DNA of 64,000 bases from Anthoceros angustus (GCA_010909165.1 VJWM01000108.1:186001-250000); one strand, 5' to 3'; counted from the stretch's first letter, positions 36,260 to 47,915 are shown. The notes: generated by a model not told the origin, from the letters alone. Numbers and translations: made by a program.

Positions 36260-37435
36260 AATTTCTAACCCCCCAGGGAAGTCCGTAGTCCACAAGGGCT
36301 CCAACTACATCCGCAAAGCTAATCATCACTGGCTGACCGGCTGCTGCAGCTCTACCAGCATCACGAAGTGTGGCACCATAGCTAGTGACAAAAGGTGATG
36401 GTGGGAAGGGTCAGTCAAGTACTCGATCAGCTCTGGGAAACAGAGTGATCAAGGTGGCTCTAAGTTGCTGAATTTTCCAACAAAAGCAGCAACTTTATCA
36501 CCATCACGCATGCGAAGAGTAAAGCGACTCACTTCTAATAGGGACAAGTACATTCTTCACATCGTATGTTTGTGCAAGTCAGGTCCGGATGTCCTCGGCC
36601 TTGGTAAGGAAAGCGACGTCTGGCACTAACACTTCATCAAGCCCACTAATGATGAGGGCTCGGGCTACGTTGTTGTCATTCTCCCATCTCTCCTCATCAA
36701 TTTGTGGAGGAGTAGCTGCAGGTGGCTGGATCTGTCCACTAACAACACCCCACACATGCCGTGCATCTAGTGCAGCACGCATGCGAACACTCCAGACGGG
36801 ATATTTAGTCCCGTTAAACCGATCCCGCTCCTTGAACTCAATTGTGTAAGAAGGCTGATAGGCTATTGGCGATTACTGTCTGAGGTTGTGAGCCACCTAA
36901 ACCAGTCTTTGTATTGCGAGGATCCTTGCACGACCCGGTTCCTTGTCCAAGCCCGGTTCCATATCCACTCACGGGATTCCCAAATCCAGCTCCAAACGTC
37001 GGCAGTGGGTTGGCGAATCCAGCTCCTGTTGTAGGCGGTGGATTCCCAAGTCCACCGTAGCTTGGCGGTGGGTTGTATGTCTATGCTTGAGGGAAACCTG
37101 GGTAGGTTGAACCTGATGCTTGTGCTGAAGAAAATCCTGCTCCAGCCCCGGTGAAGGTAAAGTTCGATCCTGTGCCTCCTATTGACCCTGTTGAGAAAGG
37201 TCCAGGTGCAAAATTAGGAAAATTGCCTGCTGGGATCCATCCTGATGTTGATGTCGTTCGGTTTCCTTGTGACAGGAAAGAGCCAAATGATGTCTGACCA
37301 AAAGCGGTCTGTGTAGGAGAACCAAAGGCCGATCCGGCAACTCGGGCGGCGCGCATCAAGTAGCATGGCCTCACACAGTCGGGAGGCGGCTAATGTCCTC
37401 GTCATCCGAACCTTGGCTGCACAATTTCCGACCAT
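36260..37435 (-). mobile_element. Gag of copia copy D with a Gly/Phe-rich N-terminal extension
   Basis: MVGN..AFGSPTQTAFGQTSFGS...TFGAGFGNP, then YTIEFKERDRFNGTKYPVWSVRMRAALDARHVW. Contains stops and frameshifts. Confidence 0.8.
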
Positions 37436-38900
37436 GATGTGTTCACGGGCTGCCGAGGCAGTATGAAATGGTGTAAAGTGTGTAAAAGGAATTTCGAGGC
37501 GCTCGGTATTTGAGGCGTGCAAGAAAATCGGTGATCCTCCACTCCGTCGGCGATCACAGGCTATACAGCGGATCACAGGCGTCTAGGCGGCCGATCTGGA
37601 TCATGGCGCTGATCCTGATCACGGTGGCGGATCTGGATGCGTGCACACGATCCAATGATGCTGGTGATCTTGGGCGCACTACGTGGGGTGATCGAGAACC
37701 CTATGTGGTGCGGTGTGGCTACGGGCCATGTTCACCTGGCCGGATGCAAGCGGCACCCCTGGCCAGCTTGGCGGGAAGCCGTGCACCCCGCCTCGCCTGC
37801 CGTCGGCAGATCCCGCCATGATGAAACCCGGATCAATCCACATGCGGCCGTGAGGCGTGGCTACCGTGCTCGATCGATGGGGAGGGTCATGCCGTGAGAC
37901 CTTGGCGCCGTGGGCGAAATCGCGTGATCCGGCCGTCTGCGCGATCAGGCCGTGAGGGCGTGCGCTGCGGGCTGATCTGCCGTGAGGCCGTGAGGGCGTG
38001 CGCTGCTAATCTTGATCTAGATGCCCGTACGGTGTGTGCGGGAATGTAATGAAAAATAAGGAAAATTGCTGGGATCCATCCTGATGTTGATGTCGTTCGG
38101 TTTCCTTGTGACAGGAAAGAGCCAAATGATGTCTGACCAAAAGCGGTCTGTGTAGGAGAACCAGGCGTCGATCCAGCAACTCCGGAGGCGGCGCCCGCAT
38201 CCGTAGCATGGCCTCCTGCCTGAAATTCGGGAGCAGCGCTAATGTCCTCGTCATCCGAACCTTGGCTGCCTGAATTTCCAGCCATGATGTGTTCACGGGC
38301 TGCACGAGACAGAAGTATGAAATGGTGTAAAGTGTGTAAAAGGAATTTCCAGGCGCTCGGTATTTGAGGCGTGCAAGAAAATCGGTGATCCTCCACTCCG
38401 CGTGATCACAGGCTATACAGCGGATCACAGGCGTCTAGGCGGCCGATCTGGATCATGGCGCTGATCCTGATCACGGTGGCGGATCTGGATGCGTGCACAC
38501 GATCCAATGATGCTGGTGATCTTGGGCGCACTACGTGGGGATCGAGAACCCTATGTGGTGCGGTGTGGCTACGGCATGTTCACCTGGCCGGATGCAAGCG
38601 GCACCCCCGCTTAGCGCGGGCTCGAGCCTTCAAACTGGAAGGTGCACCCCGCCTCGCCTGCCGTCTGGCGGATCCCGCCATGATGAAACCCGGATCAATC
38701 CACATGCGGCGTGAGGCGTGGCTACCGTGCTTTCGATCGATGGGGAGGGTCATGCCGTGAGACCTTGGCGCCGTGGGCGAAATCGCAGCGGCCGATCCGC
38801 GTCTGCGATCCTGCCGTGAGGCCGTGAGGGCGTGCGCCTGCGGCTAATCTTGATCTAGATGCCCAGCCCTGGTGTGTGCGTACGGGAATGTAATGAAAAA
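37215..38900. repeat. ~845-bp tandem duplication of the copia D leader and gag start
   Basis: GGATCCATCCTGATGTTGATGTCGTTCGGTTTCC at ~37232 and ~38072; CTAATCTTGATCTAGATGCCC at ~38006 and ~38844. Confidence 0.9.
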
Positions 38901-39959
38901 ATAAGCTTGGTCCTTTTGCAAATTGGCAGATCCTGACTTAATCCTGCATGCAATCCCGTTCCTAAGTGTGCATAAAATAACCCTGGTGCAAAGATCAAAG
39001 CCTGGCCTGGTGCACAAATCAGACCCTGTCCGGATCCTCTCGATGCGAAATTGATATTCACGGGTGCGGATCGAACCACGCCTCAAGCAAGTTGGGCGGA
39101 ATCACATTCGGCGGTCACGGGGAAGGTGAAAGGGTGGCCAATGGTTGTGGTTGAGAAGCGTCGGCATGTCTTGGGTTGAGCTTTCGGCTTTGCTCATGGG
39201 GTAAAAATTAATCAATTAATTAATTAATTAAACCCTCGTGCTGACCTCATCTGCACGATGTTGCCGTGCCGCTTCAACTTAATTGCCGTCCTTTCGGTTT
39301 CTAGCTCACGACTCTTCGAATCTCCCGTCCCTTTTTGCAAATTTGTAAAATTTGTTGGGTAGGGAGGCCGGGCAATGCCCGCTAAATTCACAAGATCGTA
39401 TGGCGATGCCCATTAACTATGGGGCCATCGCTCAATTCCAGATTCGCTCTGAATTGCCTTGCCAGGGCATCAAGTTGCTGATTAATGCCGTTGATTTCCG
39501 AAAAATTTGTCCCGTAAGTGCCTGATTGCGAGTTGTGTGTCGAAACAGCATCACTTGCAAGTCTCCTAAGGTAACAACGGGTTCATCATAAACCTCACTA
39601 AGCAAAAATCGCCGCGAGGCTTCCTGTGCTTGATTGCCTTGGGCTGAGGGTTGCTCCACGATGTTGTGAATTCCTTCTATCCTGTGATACCTAAACTGTT
39701 CGTATGGCGGGGTAATGTGGAGATGTAGAAGGCGATTGGCGGAACATGTGGTGGCGAGTTACATTTAATGAAGATGATCGTGATAGTTGGCTTGTGCGCC
39801 CTAGACGATCCCTCTCTCTGATATATCTATCAGTGATGAAATTAAAGAAACTCTCATTTGCGGGCACTGGTTCCTATTGCAGAGCATTTTCCAGTGAAAT
39901 GTCTGCATGTCTCTCTTAGCAGTGCAGCGGAAGATAGATGATACCTTGCTTTGATACCA

Positions 39960-40121
39960 TGACAATATTGCTTAGAGAGAACAACAAACTTGAATAATAA
40001 AATAATGATGGTAATGATTACAAAGAGTTGGTCTTAAATACTAAACCCTAAGTAATGTATTTAACCCTAGTTTAAGTAATCTAGTGACCGTGGTTACTAT
40101 AATAAACTATGGAGTTTAACA
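39960..40121 (-). repeat. 5' LTR of copia copy D
   Basis: 159/162 identical to 26503-26664 and adjacent to the PBS. Confidence 0.95.
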
Positions 40122-40320
40122 AGAAGAGAGAAGAGAGAAGAGAGAAGAGAGAAGAGAGAAGAGAGAAGAGAGAAGAGAGAAGAGAGAAGAGAAAGAGAGC
40201 GAGAGAGAAAGCAAGAGAGGACGAGAGAGGACGAGAGAGGAGCTAGAGAGGATAGGGAGCAAGAGAGGAGAAGGAAGGAGCAAGAGAGAAAAGAGAAAAA
40301 GACAAAAAGAGAAGAGAGGA
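40122..40320. repeat. (AAGAGAG)n microsatellite, right half, decaying into GA-rich sequence
   Basis: 7-bp period to ~40195, then an irregular GA tract. Confidence 0.93.
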
Positions 40321-41629
40321 GGAAGAAAAGTGTGAGAGCAATCTAGAAAAGAGGAGGAGGGCGGACGCGTCGGCGGATGGAGCCACGCGCCAGGCCGGCG
40401 GCGGATGAAACCACGCGCCAGGCCGGCGGCGGATGGAGATGGAGCCACGCGGCCGGGCGCGGATGGAGGAGCTGTGCCGGCGGCGATCGCGTGTGGGAGT
40501 GGGACTGGAGCGCGCAAGTCCGCTTGAGGAAGGCTGTATACGGGAGGAACAACTAGTTCCATCGGTGGCGGCATCTCGACGTCAAGTGGAAGTAGCAGAT
40601 AAGGCTGAGGCTCGGGAGGCAGGGCTGCGGAGGGGAGGAGCGGGAGGCGATGCTGTGCGAGCTGACGGCATTGGAGGCCACCGGATGTATAGCGGACTTG
40701 GTAGTATGGAAGGGCTGCAATCATGTTTTTGTTGAAGGTCTTGGGCATGATGTGGGGATTTTCGTTGTACAACGAAAATCCCCACATCATGTCCATACAT
40801 ATGCACGATGTTTAGTGCACCCAACTGTAATCAGAGGTTTGCCGCCTGCTCTGAAGGCCCTGCCTGTGAAGGTTGAAGGCGGCTTTCATGTTACTGTTGG
40901 CCATCCCCTCTTCCTGTTTCGAGCCGGATCGTGCTTCTTCTTGTTTGAAAGAGGATCGTGCTTCTCAATGTTTCCAGCATCGTGGGTTCCCTAAGAAATA
41001 CATGGTCGCAAAGTCCCTAGCTGCGAAGACGGGGACACGGCCGTGGGCCTGTGCATGGTTGGCAAACCCTGGCCGTGCCGGCGGCCGCGGCCGTCATTGC
41101 ATGCGAAGCCCATGCCAGCGGCTGAGTCGGGTTTGACAACCAGATGGAGCGGCCGGTGCAGCGGCCAGGTTAGGGTTTGGCGGCCATTGGATACCATCCA
41201 AGAAAACTTAATGGCACAAGGTAGGGCGCAAACATCCGAAGACTTAGTATCCCGTCTCTTTGTTTTCAAAGGTGGAAGCACTGAAAATTTTTCAAGGACA
41301 CCCGTTTCGAGGACATAGTGTGTGTCCCCTTTGGTGCTTGGCCGCTCTTGGTTAGGGCGCCAAAGCGAACATCTGACCTTCTGCTGTGAAAAAAGAATCC
41401 GTACTGGAATGTAGGATATATTCCTCAAGATCCCTACGCCTTGCATGGGTTTCGCGAGAAAAAAAATGGCCCATCCCCTCTGTCCTCTTTGGTATGCCAT
41501 AGCCTTCCAGCCCCAGTTGCCAAAATTAAATTACGGATGAAGGAAGCAAAATAAATGACTGAAGAAACACCCTGTCTTTACAATTCTTGGTCCTGTGATC
41601 ACATGCATGCAGAACATGGGGTGATAACT

Positions 41630-41770
41630 TGCTGTCAAAAACCCGGCGTGCATCTTTCAGTTCACCACATTTTGCATACATGTCCACCAGGCAGGCAGGT
41701 GACCAACCAATGTGTCATCCAGCAGTTCTAGTTCGACAATCCGTGTGTGCAACTGTCTGCCCCTCCCGCC
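41630..41770 (-). pseudogene. Short PPR relic
   Basis: Minus strand: [42 protein letters not shown]-like, closely similar to 12500-12640. Confidence 0.75.
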
Positions 41771-41834
41771 CGTGAGGCGCCTCCTCACGGTTGATGAGGA
41801 GGTACCTCATCAACCGTACTCACTGCCATACAAG

Positions 41835-42510
41835 CAATGCTGATTAGGGTTGTTCGGGTGGGGGCCCGCACGCTGTCGGCCCCCGATCCAAAATTGCAAC
41901 AATTTTCTCTTTCCGGCCCCGTGCAGGACTACTGACTTGCACGGCAGACCTATCTGAAAGATCACTAGGTTATAATCCCACAGGTTGCTCCGTCTGTTGA
42001 GCGGCCCAATGTGGGGTAATTGTTCGCTCTCCACTCCTCACTGTTCCGGCCGGTGTACACAGTTACATTGTGCCTGTTGGACAGAACAAGTGGCTCATGT
42101 CCGAGCCTTTGGCGGGCATACCAGCAAATCAGGGCATTTCAGATCACCACATCCTTTGTGTTCAGTTGGCTTTCTTCAACAGCCCCTCAGGGCTATCCTC
42201 TACAGCTGGATGAGGGAGAGGCACCTCGTCAGCCGTGTTTCACTGGCGAACATGCAGTGCTGATAGGGGTTGATCGGGTAGGGGCCCTCATGAGTCGGCC
42301 CCAGTTCCAAAATTGTTTCTAATACTTAAGATTATGTCGCCCGTGCAGATTATCAAATATGCACGATAGAACTGTATAGGAAGAGCACCGGCTGATAATC
42401 CCACAGGTTGTTCCGTCAACTGAGCGGCCCAATGTGGGGTAGTTGTTCGCTCTCCACTCTTCAATGTTCCGGCCGGTGGAGACATTTACATTGTGCCTGT
42501 TGTTTTAGCA
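41835..42510. repeat. Diverged ~420-bp tandem duplication of unknown origin
   Basis: ATAATCCCACAGGTTG..GAGCGGCCCAATGTGGGGTA.TTGTTCGCTCTCCACTC occurs at ~41972 and ~42396. Confidence 0.8.
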
Positions 42511-43622
42511 TGCCTTGTTTTGGCGAGCAGAGGCAGGCGGATATGAGAAGAGCGTGCGGATTGAACACTTTCCCCAAGAAGCTGGCCAGAGGTCTGTCTC
42601 AACACTTGCCGTATGCTCGACATCCACTGCTTCGTCCTGTGTAGGACAACGTTCCTGTCCGTTTTTGGAGACCTTGTGGAGTCTTGTCGGCTGCCCAAAG
42701 ACAAAATGAGGAACAACCAAGAGCCGAGCATGCAGTGTAGAGACATACCAGCCATCGGCAGGAGATTGAATGAAGCAGATCTAGAGCCTTGATGTACCAA
42801 TTCAGATGCCATGACCTCTGCGTATCCTCTCTACGCTCTCTTGAAGTTCAGGCGAGTACTTCAATTCCTCTTCAATTACAGCAGCAAAGGAAGTTTTCAT
42901 TGTGGCCGCATGTTGGTGGGGATTGGTGGGGATTGATGGTTCCTTGGGAGGAATTCGAGAAACATCTTGTGGAAGCTGCAGCTCACAAAATCAGTGTGCC
43001 CTTGGAAGAGAACGGATAAGGGGGTTCAGGCACCACATCAATGTAAGGTAAGCCCGCACTGCTCGACCTGCATTGTGCTTAAACCCTATGGACAGCCGTG
43101 TCACACCTAGGCTTTATGTACTTCAAACGCAAAACGTGTTCAAGTCTCGGCTACTGCATGAGGCGGTGGCATGCCAACAACGTTTGGTCATTTTGCACAG
43201 ATTCATAATCCGTTGAGACAGGCGCATGTGGAGCACAAGCAGCCCAGCCCACCCAGGTAGCCCGGTGTCTTGGCGCCGCGCCAGATGCCTGCAGGCCACT
43301 TGTGGTACGGAATCCGAAGCACATGTGGAGATGGGCAAGCCTCCGCAGGAACCAGGGGCATGCAGTACTGCTTACTACTCGCAAGACTCGCTTGCATGCA
43401 TATGCGATCTTCTTAAAACACTCCACCGGAGTCCGACTCTGTTTAAGACTGGAATGGGTGCGCCAAACTGACACTGTTTCCGATCGACTGGGACTGCATG
43501 TTGCTTAGCCTGCCAGTACAAATGCCCCTCGCCCCTGCTGCTTCTTTCATCCGGCATTCCCATTCCAGCTTGTTTTTTCTGCCACCGGTTTGGATTGGAC
43601 AATCTAAAGCCACATTGTCGCC

Positions 43623-45389
43623 ATGGGTCGCTCTTTGGCGAATTTGGTGTTGGGCCTGCTCTTGGTTGCCTCCGTGGCCAGTGCCGTCCGTGAGGAGCTT
43701 CGTCTGGGCGAGCCGCAGGAGATCCTCCGGAGTGATGGAGGAAGTATAGAGGAGTGGGATGTCCGGGCTCTGAGGGACGCCAATGTCGCAGGAGCCAGGA
43801 TCACTCTCCGGCAGCGTGGCCTGTTCCTGCCCAAGTACTCTGATTCAGCGTGCATCGGATACGTTGAGGAAGGTATAACCAGTGTGAACGCAACTTGGGT
43901 CTTGATCTGCTCTGGATGAAGCTCCTGCAGCGTTCGTTGGCGTTGATGAATCCAATCCTCAACAAGCTGCGCATTACTTGTTTCCTCAATGTTGCTTGCA
44001 TCTGTGTCGGGTGGCGCAGGAGAAGGCATTGTGGGGATTCTGACTGGCTACTCCTTGGCTGAATCCTCTCGAGTGAGGCGCGTGAGGCGAGGTGATGTCG
44101 TCGCCTTCCCCCGAGGATTTGCCGGATGGTGGTACAACAGTGGCGATGGCGAGCTCCGCATCCTGGCCATCGCAGACACATCGGCATCACAGAACGGTGA
44201 ACACACTGTAAGTCGGTCCAGTTCCACCGTGTGCAGAGAATTCTGCTGTGCCTGAACTCCAGCAGGATTTTCAACACTCCTTTGATTGCTACCGCAGGCG
44301 TTCCATCTGATTGGCGGAGGAAGCGGCGAAAGCAGGAGGGAGAGGCGCCGGGAGCGACGTGAGTGGGAAGGTGAGGAACGTGGGCAGGAGCGATTCAGAG
44401 GCATCCTCCACGGCTTCAGCAGGGGACTCCTGGCCGACGCGTGGGACGTGGACGAGAGCAGAGTGGACGAGCTCCGGGAGAGCCAGAGGGGCGCTGGCAT
44501 CGTGTTGGCTGAACGCGAGATCAGGCTGCCCGAATTGGCCAACAGAGAAGAGGGCCGCAGCTTCTCCCGATCTGCCGAGCGGGCCGACCCCGACCTTCGC
44601 GAGTACGTTGCTGACGGAGAATTCGTGTACAACGTTCGAGAAGGATCCGCTGATGTGCGCGTCCGCGATGCTGGCTTCTACAACAGCGTCAACAGGTTCA
44701 AGCTGCCCATCCTGGAGGCCGTCGACCTGGGCCTCACATACGGCCGCATCGAGAGCGTACATCTCTTGAGACGCCCATCTCTTGGAACACCCATTTTCTT
44801 GGGATCTGCTTTGTCCAATGACACAGTCTGCTGGTCTGACAGATCCGTTTTTGTGGCCTGATTCGAATGCAGAACGCGATCGTGGCTCCCCAGTGGTCAC
44901 CCACGGGACACGAGATCGTGCACATCCTGAGGGGAAGTGCTGATCTTCAGATCGTGGGCAGCAGCGGCGAGCAGCTCGTCGACAGGGAAGTGAGGGAAGG
45001 TGACGCATATGTGGTACCTCGTTTCTATGCCCACGGTCTCCAGGCTGGTGACGAAGGCTTGGAATGGATCAGCTTTTACACCACCGACCAGTGAGTCTCC
45101 GATGCACGTTGCAAGTTGCAAGCTCTCATCTATTGTTGAGATTGCAAGGTGCGACTACACAGCCCATTTCAGAGCTGCTGTATAATCTGTGGGTTCTGGC
45201 CTTTGCAGGCCTCTTGTAGAAGCTCTTGCAGGCAGCACCTCCGTGCTGAGGAGGCTTCCGGAGGAAGTGGCAGCAGCAGCTTTCAACATTGATGTCGAGC
45301 AGGTCCGAGAAGCCAAGGAAACTCGGAGGGAGCTCGAGACTCTGTTGCTGCCAGCTGCAGGCCGCCGCCGTGAGAGGAGGCACGCCTGA
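43623..45389 (+). CDS. 11S/legumin-like bicupin storage protein with signal peptide; exons 43623-43872, 44020-44207, 44298-44756, 44873-45090, 45209-45389
   Basis: Four GT-AG introns join in frame. Cupin motifs GLFLPKYSDS, RRVRRGDVVAFPRGFAGWWYNSG, GILHGFSRGLLADAWDV, LPILEAVDL, NAIVAPQWS, VREGDAYVVPRFY, LAGSTSVLRRLPEEVAAAAFNI. Confidence 0.92.
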
Positions 45390-46181
45390 CTAGAGCTCAG
45401 TTTCGACCTCACCCAGGGATAACCTGGTTCAATATATGCATGTAGCGCTCCAGTGATAAGAAGCCCCGAGCGATCTGGGATTGTTCTGTCAAGGTTTTGA
45501 TGTTGTCGGACCAGTGCATCTCACTCTAATGCCAAGGACACTGCAGTTAGCCACCCTTGTATGTTGACACAAGGATTCCAGACATCCTGCTGAGAATGTG
45601 TTGTAGCAGACTCGTTACATCCAGGCTCACATAGGGCTCCTGACCACTAGGCAGAGAGTCCCATTCTGCTATCAGCCTTAGATTACAAATTGGAAATACT
45701 TCACACACAATTGCCAAGAGGCCAACGACCTCAATATGACAACATATGGTGTCAACACTCTAGTAGGAATCGTCGTGTACGGTACCGCCTTCCAAATTCT
45801 CCCATGCTATCAAAGGCTCAACGGCTCCTACAAGGCTTCCGGTGTGTCAGCTGGCTCTCAGGAACCAGGTCCCATGACGGAAATACTATCCAACGCGAGA
45901 TGGTGTGTCCATGTACACCACCTACCTGACTACCAGGACACACCACCGACTACTTGAACACCATGATCAGCCTTTCGTGTTCAGCCGATGCCCCGTGCTC
46001 TTGCCGCCCAAGACAAACGTAGTTGTCCGAGACCACATCTCCTACGGCAGTGAGAGGGAGGAGCAGGGCATACTGATGAGAATGCACCTGCAGTGAGAGG
46101 AGGAGCAGCGCATAATGTTGCTCAATCAGATGCAAGGCAAAGCATTAGCTTCCTTTTACCCTTCCTCTAACCTGTTACCTG

Positions 46182-47444
46182 CTACCCTGACCTTGACCCA
46201 GCTGCCCTGACCTTGATCCACCCGCCAACTTGCAACCAAGGATCAAGGCAGTGAAGGCTTTTTCTCACAAAATCCTTGTAGGGCAAGGAGGGAAGCCAGC
46301 GCCAAGCTGGAGCTGCAGGCGTGTGTTGCAAATCAAAAGCCACGATCCTGTCAACCTTGTCCTGCATGATAAACACTTGATCCTCCCCTGCCACAGCCTT
46401 GTTGTCCAGGAAAGATCTGTCGCTGCGAGACCGGCCTTGCCCTCGGAAATGACTGAACATGGGAGCGGGCATGGCGTCCACCTCCCTCCAGGTCATGCAC
46501 GCGAAGTCCATTTCCCAGATCTGCAGACAGAATTCGTGAGGGATATCCGGCACCACGGCCACGCAAAGCAGCCGGTCCCGCACGTTGACGAGGTTGCAGC
46601 AGAAGACGTGCAAGACGTCGGGAGGCTTGCACACGGCCAACCAGCTCCACCTGGGGCTGGCCCCCTCCAGATCGTAGACCAGCAGGTTGGTGTCCGGGGT
46701 AAGGCAGTAGAGCACGGTGCCAACAAACACTCCCTGCTGCTCGGCCAGGAAAAAGTGGAAGTCCCCGCACTCGGGGATGGCGCAGCTTGTCACACTCCAG
46801 CTCCCGAGTGCGGAGTCGAACACAAACGTCTGGACGACATCGGCAAGATGCAGCCGCTGATCGTTCAGGGCCACCAGCTTGAAGCAGCCTGCCACGGCGT
46901 CCACCATCAGGCCCCGCACATGCCAGATCCGCATGTCTGAGTCCGGGAACGGCGGCAGGCAGGCCCAGGAGCGCAACACCGGGTTGCCCATGTGCGGGAA
47001 CACCATCTCCATCCCACCGGATTGCTCATGGTTTTGCTGCAAGCACAAACTCCCCACCAGGACGCCCCCGCCAGCGGACGCCGGTGTGAGCTCCAGAATT
47101 CCCGAAGTCACATCCGGTAGCTGAGATCGCAGCCATGGCGGGAGGTGGACCTGGTACCAGCGGTCGGAGGCGGGGTCGTAGGCGCAGGAGGCTAGGGCAA
47201 TCCCATCCCCGGGCTCGCAGAAGCCGGCCACGAACAGCATCCATTCCCGAGCTCCCGCTTGGGATTCCAGCCGCTCCTGCAACAAGCGCGGCGACTCCAC
47301 GGCCGCGTCCCATGCTTTGCACACTGCGCGCGACCGCACCAGGCTCACCAACGGCAGCCGGGCTTGGATCTTGGCTACCATTTCATCCGGCAGCTTCTTG
47401 CTGCAGGAAACCAGCTCCTCCGCATCCGTTGGGGACCCTAGCAT
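46182..47444 (-). CDS. F-box protein with kelch/beta-propeller-like C-terminus, intronless (420 aa)
   Basis: F-box LPDEMVAKIQARLPLVSLVRSRAVCKAW, followed by AYDPASDRW, VGNP..RSW..LPP, VFDSALGSW, LLVYDL and WREVDAMP. Confidence 0.93.
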   Translation of the reverse strand: MLGSPTDAEELVSCSKKLPDEMVAKIQARLPLVSLVRSRAVCKAWDAAVESPRLLQERLESQAGAREWMLFVAGFCEPGDGIALASCAYDPASDRWYQVHLPPWLRSQLPDVTSGILELTPASAGGGVLVGSLCLQQNHEQSGGMEMVFPHMGNPVLRSWACLPPFPDSDMRIWHVRGLMVDAVAGCFKLVALNDQRLHLADVVQTFVFDSALGSWSVTSCAIPECGDFHFFLAEQQGVFVGTVLYCLTPDTNLLVYDLEGASPRWSWLAVCKPPDVLHVFCCNLVNVRDRLLCVAVVPDIPHEFCLQIWEMDFACMTWREVDAMPAPMFSHFRGQGRSRSDRSFLDNKAVAGEDQVFIMQDKVDRIVAFDLQHTPAAPAWRWLPSLPYKDFVRKSLHCLDPWLQVGGWIKVRAAGSRSG

Positions 47445-47605
47445 TGCAATTTGCGGCTAAGGGGCTTCAAATGCAGGGTGGCTAAAGAGCTTCACATGCA
47501 GGGTTGCAAACGGGGGAACTTGCAACTTGCAACCACATTGCCAGCTTCAGCTTTGTATCTGACTGTAAGGAAGTGGGTTGTGGCATTTGCACGCCCCTTG
47601 TGTTC

Positions 47606-47915
47606 GAGCTCTGGCAAGCAGGACCTCCGTGAGGAAGGTCCCGGAGGAAGTGGCAGCAGCAGCTACAGACATCGATGTGAGCAGGTCCGAGAAGCTAGGG
47701 CAACTCGGAGGGAGTGTGAGGCTCTTATGCTGCCGGCTGCAGGCACCGTGAGAGGAGGAGTGCCTGAAATTCCTGATTCGAGCTTAGTTTCAATTTTCGA
47801 GGTCTGACCCAGGGATAACCTTGGATCTACATTTGTATGTAGTGCTGCAGTAATAATAAACCCCCAGCGATCTGGGATTGTTTTGCCAAGGTTTTGCTTG
47901 TGCTGTACCAGCACT
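47606..47915 (+). pseudogene. Degenerate copy of the last exon and 3' UTR of the legumin-like gene
   Basis: Similar to 45221-45525: CCGGAGGAAGTGGCAGCAGCAGCT, GAGCAGGTCCGAGAAGC, ACCCAGGGATAACC and AGCGATCTGGGATTGTT are shared. Contains frameshifts. Confidence 0.88.

Larger units (their letters stand above)
26503..40121 (-). mobile_element. Ty1/copia element (copy D) with both LTRs, inserted in (AAGAGAG)n and disrupted by nested CACTA and gypsy sequence
   Basis: 162-bp LTRs at 26503-26664 and 39960-40121 differ at 3 positions. PBS TGGTATCAAAGC 39948-39959, PPT AAGGGGGTG 26665-26673, flanking AGAAG on both sides. gag ~37435-36260, RT/RNase H 28172-~26810. Confidence 0.9.

Noticed and set aside
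43226-43471. Possible lipid-transfer-protein-like Cys pattern (ARCLQA..ACST..ACICDLL)
   Set aside because: No signal peptide and the eight-Cys motif is incomplete.
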